The translations under genes were made by a program, and so were the position numbers. From the NCBI GenBank assembly GCA_028534125.1, contig CM052816.1, positions 50,408,001 to 50,472,000 on the forward strand: a stretch of DNA of 64,000 nucleotides, read 5' to 3'. How positions within the stretch are numbered: the first letter of the stretch is position 1; each line of letters starts with the position of its first letter. Positions 54,071 through 64,000 of this stretch are shown here, in pieces. Source of the stretch: Lama glama (lineage: Eukaryota). The notes under the pieces are model-generated. The model saw only the letters and a program-made list of their open reading frames with translations, did no database searches and was not told the origin of the DNA.

Positions 54071-55300
54071 CTCTCATTGTTAGATAGAAGGATCCATCTA
54101 TCATCTACCTATCTTTTTTCACTTATTTATCCACTCATCCATCCATCCTTCCATCCATCTGAGAAATCTTGTCAAAATAAACTCTTCAGACCTTCTGTTT
54201 TCTTGCTGTTTACTCATGTGCTTAATATCTTGATTTTTGAAAGAGGTGTTTTAAAAACTTTCGATATGATTTTGGATTTTTTAAATGTCAACTTGTAATT
54301 GAGTCAACTGTTACTTTACATACTTTGAGATTACATTGTCAGGCAAATACAGGTTCTCAGGTTATATTTCCCTAGTCATTTGGTCTTCCCTATATAAGCA
54401 ACACTTATTGGCTTAAAGTGTACTTGTTTTATGATAATAAAATATCTTCACAAATTATATTTTGATTAATATTTGCCTGGTGTGTTACTTTTATCGCTGG
54501 GTTTTCAATCTTTATGATCCTTAAGTTGTAGACGTGTTTCTTATAAACAGCATAAAGTTGGATTTTGCATTTTATAGAATCTAGAATCTGTCTTTTAACA
54601 GGAGTGTTTATATTCACATAATTGATTTACCAATTTCTTTCAGCCATCTTAATTTTTTCCCCTATTTTCTATATATTTATTTTCCTTTGCTCCATTATGT
54701 TTCATATTCCTTTTAAATATGCTTAGTCACACAAAATATGTTTATTTTATATTATTTTACATTGTTTATATTATTTCACATTTTGTGGTAATAATTCTCC
54801 TTTTTATTGTGGCTGCTGACTGTATCATGTTAGATAATTCATGTGGGCTGGAATTTTGTATTTCGAACTTATCTTCAGTAGGGGTATTCTTTCCAGAAGA
54901 TTCCATCACGTGGGCTTTGCATTAGCTTCTAAATAGCTTAGCATTTGCTTTTGCAAGAGTTTCAGAAGTTATTTATGACAATCTCTTGGCTTGAGATCCA
55001 TGTGATATGGGTACAGTATAACCTCTGATTCCATTCAAACATGTGCACAGGAGGCTCCCTCCCTCTTCATCCTCACCCTGCTTCCCACAATGAATCCCTA
55101 ATATCCTATCACCACGTAGACATCAAATTCAAGCTCTTAGAACTAGTTTAAAGGCCAAATGACCTCTCTGGCCAATACAGCATGACTCTGGATTCAAGTT
55201 ATCTTTTCATTTCTGTTCCCTAAAGATTTCACTCCTCTTTTCCTGCCTCGGCATTTCTATTTACCTGGAATGGAATGGAGGATCAGTTCTAGAAATCCAT
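53560..55300 (-). mobile_element. Degenerate old L1 (L1ME-like) fragments
   Basis: ORF 54429..54617 (INTPVKRQILDSIK..QLYAVYKKH..HQANINQ) resembles the L1 ORF2 endonuclease start. Confidence 0.55.
54042..54070. repeat. (TA)n microsatellite
   Basis: Perfect dinucleotide tract. Confidence 0.97.
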
Positions 55301-58300
55301 GTAACACTTTTCTAATTATTCACATTACTTCCATGAATATCATTCGGTGTTTACTGAGTGCTTAGCTCAGAACAAATATGAATGACAAGGTCATGTTCTC
55401 TGTCCCCTTAGAGTTTACAAAAGGCCTGAAGATTATTTATCATTGTCCTCAATGACTTCAATAAGCAATATTACCACTAGTCCAGTTTTCTATCCAGGAC
55501 ATAAAGTCCTCAAATTACACAGTGTCTTCTTCATAATATTTAAAATTAAATCTAATAAAACCAATTACGTCTAATGATTATCCTAATCACAGACATGTCT
55601 ATCACCTCTAGAAATGCTAAGGGATATTTCATAAAGAATATCTCCTTACAGAAACTAATTTTACTCTCATAGGTTATGCTTATTTATATAAGAGAGGTAT
55701 TTCATTATGCTCTGGATCAGGAAATTTTCACATTTGTTTTGATTTTGAATTGAAAAATGGTAACTAATTCTGCAGGTTTGTTCAAAGTTTTAAGGCTCTT
55801 AGGATGCTATTTTTTAATGGGATTATCTTAAATCCTTACCTAATCAGGTAATAGTTTCCTTAACATTTCACATTATTTAGAGCTTTGGGAGAAAAAACAC
55901 CTCAATTTTAAAAAATTAAATAAACATCAAAATAAACACATCAAATGAGTCCAACTGTGACTTATATGTCATCCATAAAGCAAATTCATATTCCTAACAA
56001 GTTTTAAATTGTCAGTTTTACTTATAAGAGTTACTCCTAATAATTTCTTAAAGTCTTTAACAAAATAAAATTGATGTGATTCAGACATATTCTTATTTAG
56101 CTTGGGAGAAGATACGAGAGATTAAAAGATTTTTTTTTAACAGAAATACTTTAATACTCTATGCTACCAGCCCAAAATATGTCCGAGCTCTAAATTTTTT
56201 TAATTTCCTGTCTTTGATCTTAATAACCTCTAAAGAGTAATTATTTTTGACTTTTCAAAAGTATGATTTACTGAAAATATTATTCTGTAAAATGTGTAAT
56301 AAATTTCTCTGAAGAACAACTTAAATATGTTAAATTCACTCATAGGCTCTGCTGATAGAATAAAATTAATGATTATATATTCTCCTATTTCAAATTTCAT
56401 GGTAATGTAGAGAGTACAAAAGTGAGGGTTTTTTTTTTTGTCTGTTTAGTAAATTCTTATATAGATAGCAGAGGTCATTAGGGTGGGTAAGACTTCCTAA
56501 TAGTTGAAATTTCTTCCTAAGAATCAGGTAAATTTAAAAAATTATCCTTTAAGTTAATAACCAGTATTTTTATTTATTTACTTTTTTTTTTAAAAGAATC
56601 TTAATGTCTTCTATGATACAATTTATTTTAAAATTCCATACAGAAGCCCTCTGACATGCAGGCTAGATTTTCTAAAACCTTAGGAATTCTGCACATTCAC
56701 AAAAACATAAACTTTTCTACTAGCTCCTAACACTTTCAAAGCCACATTGCTCTCAGGAGACATGTTTCAGATGTATTTTGTTACAAGTTGAGAAAATGTT
56801 CAATAGTCACTAAATTTTCCTTCTGATTTGATGACCATTTTTCCACAAAGACACAATGTTTTGAACACTTTAAAAGTTACTGTAATAAGTACAGAATAAA
56901 AACTCATATGTGAATAACTAGGCAACTCTCCCACCTAAGATTCTGTGATACAAAATTAAAATTCATAATTATAAAAAATTACTGATCATTTCTGTCACAG
57001 ACTCTTAATGATTGCTCATGATTTGGATATTAAAGCTATAAATATCAGAAGTCTACTATATGATTCATGATTTAAATTTTTATGTTTGGTCTTCTCACTG
57101 AATTAAACTAAATTACAATGCTTTATTTTGTTTTATAGTGCTCTACCTACAGATATATAAGTATAGAAAGGTGTCCATTCAGATAGTTTCATTAATGAAA
57201 TTCAGTTCCCAAATTCGGCAATACTGGTAAGTAAAGAGATATCAATCAACATTAATGAATCAGTTTGCACTACAGGACAATCTAAAAGAACAACCTTATT
57301 TGGGACACTTCCTAACTCTTACTTATTCAGAATTACCTTACTTTCTATCAGACTAGTAAACAATTGAGAAATCCAATTGCTTGAAAATAAGCTACTGTAA
57401 ACAGGACTTGACACCAGACCTGAGAGACTCCAAAACAGCAGAAGGGACTATCTCGAACAGGCACAGATGTCCACCATATGACAGTTAACATGCTGACCGT
57501 GACGAAACTCCTCTGTCCTGCTGTATTTGTCATAAGGTGTGAGTAGCCATCTGTTCTTTATTTATGTTTTCTAGAAACCCTTTTAGACTTTAGAGATTTA
57601 GTCACATGGAAAAAACATGTATTAAAAACAAAAAATGAGACAGCTATAAAATAACCCCATGGCAAAACCTGTGATACATTTTAGTAGGTATATACTAAGT
57701 TAATCAAACACTTTCCAAATACATTTCTTCCTTCCTTTGTCAATAAGCAAAGCAGCTGAAGAAGCAGACGAGAGTTTACCGAAATTGGTAGACTCCATAA
57801 CTCCATCATTACCAACGGATTGTCATTAAAATAGAAATCCAAAGATAAGAGAGGAAATAAAATGCAATTTATTTTAATTTTTCCTCTGATCAACTAATGA
57901 GTAGCCAGTTGAAGTTCAGGTAGTTCAGAGTTATTTAATTAAAAATGAACAGCAAGCCGGGTAATCCAACATGAGGGGATTAGCATGATCACCACAGAAA
58001 ATAAATGAAGTTTAAGCTTTACATAAGTTCAACAGCTACTCAAAAAAGACTGAATTGGCATATCCCAAACCAGAATTTAAGATAACAGTACTAAACAGTT
58101 GCTGGTATCAGTAAGCAAAAAGTACCAATTTCACATGAAATTATGAGTCCAGATTCAAGGACAAGATAGAAAATACAGTCCACTTATTAAAATTCTTTAT
58201 ACTTCTAATAGAAAAGATGAATGAACAAATACACTGAGTGAAGGAAAGAGTAGTACTTCATGAGTAACCTGGAGTAGCTCAGTGCTCTATTATTAGCACC

Positions 58301-58524
58301 TAATTCTACTGAAGTTTAAAAAAATGCAACTGATTTATGTGAAATAAAATAAATGGAAGTTGAGTATATTAAAAAAATATTAAGGGATTCCCTAGACTTC
58401 TTCATCCAAATTTGGTTTTATCTCTTATCTATTAAAAGGTATAATTTATAATCACAAAACCACTTTTCAAGGTCAAAAATTTCTTCTTATTCATCCAATA
58501 AGAATAAAAAGACTGAGAATACAG

Positions 58525-58680
58525 TGGTCACTTACTATCTATATGCCTCCCTGAGTATCCGTTTCCTCATCTGTGAAGTGGGGATGATAATAGTACCAAC
58601 CTCATACAGTTGTTATTATTATTAAATTAGCTTATATTTGTAAAGCAATTACAACAGTCCTGAATGATACAAATGCTATA
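58525..58680 (+). mobile_element. MIR SINE
   Basis: gtttcctcatctgtgaagtggggatgataatagtaccaacctcata..tgtaaagca. Confidence 0.8.
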
Positions 58681-61600
58681 TTAATAGCCTGAAACCTAAC
58701 AAATAATAGAATATCATATGACAAATCGAAAAAATCATTATTTCCAAGTTATCAAATTTATATTTGGTCTCCTTCTTAAGTGGGGGGAAAAAATTTTAAA
58801 AAAAAAAAGGTGTAGAGGTCTGCACTATCTCTTGTGGCACTGAAGTGACAGTGGACTGTAAACAACCAGAAGATAAGTCATGAAGATACACTTGAGAAGA
58901 AAAGCAGGAAAGCTCTAATGAGAGGCAATCGTAACTGACTTCCTACATGAAAATGTTACCTGATTAGAATTCTGAAAGAATTCTCTAAAGTAAGACAAAA
59001 AGAACTTCAAAGAGTAAAACAAACAAAAGGTTATCAGTCATCCAATATGGCATACTGATGACATCTGAATACACACACATAAAATCTCATTTTGGATTAT
59101 AAAACATTTGATACCTTGGAACAGAGGCTATTACTAGAATATTTCAGGGAAAATACAAGTAAATGAAACAGAACTGATGAGACTACTTTCCAATTAGTTA
59201 CTGCACATACATGAATTAATAATGATGCATCAAAGAGCCATGAAATATGATGTATGAACCTGATCATGGATTTGAAAGCTGATTGCTGTAATATCACAAG
59301 TGTAGGCTACTTGAACTTTTTTATTTTTGTTCACTCAAATAATTTAATATTCTCTGATTGATACAATTCAAATAGCATTCGAAGTTAGTCTTTTACAGGG
59401 GTCTCAGAAATGTAATTATATGATAAGTTTAACTTTTTAATCTCAGAAATAGGATAATATTTGGAGGATAGAATTCAGAGACACTTCCACCTCTTTTTTA
59501 TTTTTAAAATTTTAGTTCATGTCATACTGAAAATGAGGAATATCAAATAGGGTCTTAAACATTAGGAACTCAAATAAATGTTTACGCTTAACAAATTACT
59601 GGTTTACCATAATATTATGAGTTTTTATAACTGTTTAATATAAAAATTTATGCATTTGTATCATAATAAAAGTATGCATTTATGATAATAAACAGAAGCC
59701 CTGACAGTGTTCATAATGCAATATAATGATATGATTTGATAATGGAATGCAAATTTTAAGAGGTGAGATAAAAGAATATATATATACTACGAGGGTGTTT
59801 CTGGAACTGTTGGTAAACTCTTATTTGAAAATAACATCAAAAAGTCTGTTTGAAGCCTTTCACAAATGTGAATTTTGCCACGAGGAATGTTTCAATGAAT
59901 TGTTCCAGAAGATTTTATTCTATTATCATATATTTTTCATTTCAATTTTTCTGAAATTTTCTATTTTTCCTCCCCAAGTTTTCATTACCATAGAATAATT
60001 TCCATATTTTTCATACAGGAGGACATCAGTGAAATAGAAGTGACTAAACCTGTGTGAAATAAGATCACAGAGGCTGCTTGGTCCTTTACTTTCTTCACAA
60101 TAAAAAATCTTTTACATACACACATATCTTGGTAATGCTAGGACTATATTATAATTGCATCTTTACTACATTTCCTAAATTAAAATATATCTTCTTTCAG
60201 TGTGCCTATCAGTTTTAGTCACGTGGCAGTGTTCTGGAACATTCATGAATGCCTCTCAAACTGAATGCATTAGCACTCTGGGTCAAACATTTCCACTGTC
60301 CTCAAACTTTCTTACAGTCTCCAACTGTCCTGTCTAAATGACTAACAGTCCTATTAGGTTATAAATCCTCCAAAGAAAGAGAATTACTTGCCTTACAAAT
60401 AGATAAAAATATGATTTGGAAATATAAAGAGTGCAAAGAGCAATCATTATTGTTTCAAATAATGGAAGTATGGAAGTTTAATAATTTTGAGAAGCCTCAA
60501 AACATTTTATTACCTTAAAATTGATTATTATTTTCCTATCACTCATGTTCAATACATTTCCTTCTGTTTACTAACCTCTGAATTCTGCACCAAAAAAAAA
60601 TTCCATAAAACTTAACAAGTTATAGAAATTTAATTTCCAGCATATTTCTTCCCTTAATTTGTATGGCTAGAGTACAGTACAATTTAGGCTGCTATTGATG
60701 TCTGATCAACTGGAGAAGTAAAGCAATTTGGTGAGCAGTGTTAAGACGAGAACTATAAAAGGAATGAATATAACTATACCAATTAAAAAATAAATATTTT
60801 GTATTTTGTGCTCAATGTTGTACACACAAGGTTAGTTCCATTTGATGATCATATCTTCTATTTCACAACTAAAGAAAAATGCACATTTTCTTTCAGCAAA
60901 ACTGGGCACATTCCCTTCTGTCTCCTATGATTAAAATCAATATAATTCTCCTGTATAATACGCAACAGTCTTACAAAAAATATTTTAATATTTATTGTGA
61001 TTCATAAAATACAAACATCAAATTGTCTTTGCCCATTCATAAATTAGTTCCCTCTACTTTCCTCTTTGGCTTCTCAAAATTCATGATGACTTTACAGTAT
61101 TTCACATTACTATCATCTTTGCATAAAATAACTGTTATTTTGTGCATAGTAGGTAAATTTTATTGGTTTGTTTTTAAAAATATACTCAAGATAAAGTCTC
61201 TCATAGGTTGACAATAATCTTATGTCAATTATCAATATAAAATCCTCTTATATTGTTACTGGACTACAGACAATGATTCTTTCACAATCTAGAAAGAGAT
61301 CTAATCCCTGTTGTAAAATGCCATATGTAGAGAGGCTGTTTTTCTTAATTTATTAAAAAAGAAACAAGAATTCTTTTTAATTAAAAAAAAAAAACTATTA
61401 GGTTACCTAATCTGTCTCTTGTCATGGACTTCTTCCTAGCCCAGAAGTATAACAGACCATTACAGAAAATGATGTCCTAGTTTTTTACTTGGTAGAAGTC
61501 CCTTGGTTTCACAAATTTAAAGTTATCGAATATAGTCAGCTTTTCTCAAATTGTTTTCAAGAGATAAAAATCCCACATAAGCATTTAGATTTAGGGACTC

Positions 61601-62079
61601 CTTTCTCATATAATGAGATTATCCAAAGTTTGGAGGTGTTGTGTTTTACTTAACAACCTTTCATTCATACACTAGTAGCCACTATCATAACTTTCTCTTT
61701 ATTAAAGATTTATGTTCTTAAATGTTCACAGCACTATTTAAGTATTTAAATCCATACTTCTCAAAGTAGGTTTAATATCCTATTAGAAGTATTAGGCTAT
61801 GGGCCAAGGAAGTGGGCACAACAATCTACATAATCAACCTGGCATATCAACTGAATACTTATTTTGAGAGTTGGAAACTTTTCTTAATATTAAAACTACC
61901 ACAGGTACAATATGGAAGAGCATTTCAAAGTTATAGGTATATTTCAGTATCATCTTTAACCAAAATAATGCCTATACATAGTTTAAAAAGTCAGTGTTCT
62001 ACAAGATTTGTAATGAAAAAGCCCCATCCCACTCCTACACTTAGATTCCAGCCTCACAAAGGCATCACCTTTCAATGCT

Positions 62080-62332
62080 TTTTTTTTTAATTGAAGTATA
62101 GTCAGTTTACAATGTGTCAATTTTCTGGTGTACAGCATTGTGTTTCAGTCGTACATAAAATACATATACTCATTTTCATATTCTTTTTCATTATAAGTTA
62201 TTACTACAAGGTATTGAATATAGTTTCCTGTGCCATAAAGAAGAAACTTGTTATCTATTTTATATATAGTAGTTAGTATCTGCAAATCTCGAACTCCCAG
62301 TTTATCCCTTCCTACTGACTTTCCCCCCTGGT
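62080..62332 (-). mobile_element. Short L1 3' end
   Basis: T-run then aattgaagtatagtcagtttacaatgtgtcaattttctggtgtacagc...cccctggtt; degenerate TSD aatgctttt/aatactttt. Confidence 0.85.
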
Positions 62333-62597
62333 TAATACTTTTAGCAAATTCTCACAAACTGTCAATTTTAGCCATTTACTACTTATTTCCTTTAATCTTT
62401 CTTCAATCTCTTCACTATGCAAGATGTGGATTTAACTCTTACCACTCCTCACCTCTAATTCACTTTCTCTGCTTCCATTCATTCACTACAATTATATTTT
62501 TTAACAAATCATTTTAGTGTTTACATAATTATGAATGTGTAAAATTGCTCATGGCTGAACTACACACTATGTTTTATTATGTTCTTTCTTGTACAAC

Positions 62598-62713
62598 TAC
62601 ACTTGACACTTGAACAACACAGGTTTGAACTTCACAGGTCTACTTAAATAGTACTACACAATCCAATGTTGGTTGTAATCTGAGGATGCATAGATGCAAA
62701 TACAGAGGAACCA
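62598..62713 (+). mobile_element. Tigger2/MER8-like DNA transposon fragment
   Basis: cacttgacacttgaacaacacaggtttgaacttcacaggtctactta resembles the Tigger2 terminus (cagttgacccttgaacaacacgggtttgaactgc). Confidence 0.7.
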
Positions 62714-63162
62714 CAAAAAAGAATAAAATAATGCCATTTGCAGCAACATGGATGGACCTAGATCTTGTCATTCTAAGTGAAGTAAGCCAGAAAGAGAAAA
62801 ATACCATATGATATCACTCGTATGTGGAATCTAAAAAAGAAAAAAAGAGGCTACTAGTGAACTCATCTACAAAACAGAAACAGACTTGCAGACATAGTAA
62901 ATAGTCTTAGGGTTACCAGGGGAAAGGGAGTGGGAAGGGATAAATTTGGGAATTTGAAATTTGCAAAGATTAGCCGCTATATACAAAAGTAGATTTTAAA
63001 AAATTTCTTCTGTATAGCACAGGGAACTATAGTCAATATCTTATAATAACCTTTAATGAAAAAGAATGTGAAAATGAATATATGTATGTATATACATGAC
63101 TGGGACGTTGTGCTGTACACCAGAAATTGACACACTGTAACTGACTGTATTTCAATTAAAAA
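62714..63162 (+). mobile_element. L1 3' end
   Basis: aataatgccatttgcagcaacatggatggaccta..ctaagtgaagtaagccagaaagag..tgctgtacaccagaaattgacacactgtaactgactg. Confidence 0.92.
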
Positions 63163-63509
63163 GGCAATTTCCCCTAAAAGCATTAGACTCTTCTTTTATT
63201 CCATACACTGAGTTACAAACTGTTTACTTGCCTTCTGTCTTTGAAAATTGTATAGATATTTCTTAGATATCTTCTACTACTCTTCTTGGCTTTGTAAATT
63301 TATACTGAGTTTTTACCATATTAACAGAAAGCCTCATATGAAATATTTAAAGCAACATAAGACACTTAAAAGAAGTTTTGCATTTATGCTAGCTAACAGG
63401 CCATACACCCAGCTCACTTCCTCTAACGAAAAAGAATAGTTAAGTGGAGAGTTTTGAGAAACAGTGTCTAAATAAATATAGTCTCTGATATTCAAAAACT
63501 AATGAAAAA

Positions 63510-63815
63510 TATCTCCGACAAAGGAGCAAAAACAATACAATGAAGCAAAGACAATTGGTTTCAAGAAATGATGCTGAAACAACTGGACACTCATACGCAA
63601 AAAAAACACAAAAGGCATCTAGATGTATAAAACCTTATATGTGTCACAAAAATTAATTCAAAACGTGGAGCATAGAACTACATGTGCAGTGCAAAACTAT
63701 AAAATCCCAAAAGATAACACAGGAGAAAATTTAGATGACCCTGGGTATGGCAGTAAGTTTTTAGATACAGCACTAAAGGCACAATCCACCAAAGAAGTAA
63801 CTGATATACTCAAAA
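63510..63815 (+). mobile_element. Old L1 ORF2 fragment
   Basis: gacaaaggagcaaaaacaatacaatgaagcaaagac..aactataaaatcccaaaagataacacaggagaaaatttagatgaccctgggtatggc. Confidence 0.8.
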
Positions 63816-64000
63816 TTAAACAGCATTATTTATGCCTGACAGGAACATTTCAGTAATTCTGCCATAATTTCCTTCTCTTTCATGTTTGTATTCCATGCAT
63901 CACAATAAGAAAAGTATGATTATTCCTGAATATAATCCATTAAAAGCATTCAAAAAATTAAAATTCTTACTTTATTAAAGAATAGCTGAAAAAGATCTAG

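Noticed and set aside
57340..57545. GC-richer patch with two GTAAACA forkhead-like motifs
   Set aside because: Short motifs are common in AT-rich DNA. An enhancer cannot be supported without conservation or chromatin data.

Overview
This window is AT-rich mammalian genomic DNA, most likely from a camelid, judged by its Vic-1-like tRNA-derived SINEs and L1 3' ends. It lies entirely inside the XRCC4 gene on the minus strand. Three internal coding exons are present, equivalent to human exons 4, 5 and 6 (33163-33329, 26510-26662, 25333-25439). They have GT-AG boundaries and splice in frame. The rest is intron filled with transposable elements: two young L1 insertions with target-site duplications (TSDs), short L1 3' ends, SINEs, ancient MIR/L2/L3 copies, MLT LTRs and DNA-transposon fossils. 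There are two assembly gaps. I found no new multi-gene system. The most notable items are: (1) a TSD-flanked L1 that keeps its 5'UTR and ORF1 but jumps from the inter-ORF spacer to the end of ORF2; (2) that L1's position 2 kb upstream of XRCC4 exon 4, with a splice donor facing the exon; (3) a 19-nt G-rich retro-insertion of unknown origin with an 18-bp TSD; (4) non-conservative XRCC4 substitutions. Repeat family names and comparisons with human XRCC4 come from recalled sequences, not from a search. Boundaries of old repeats are approximate.
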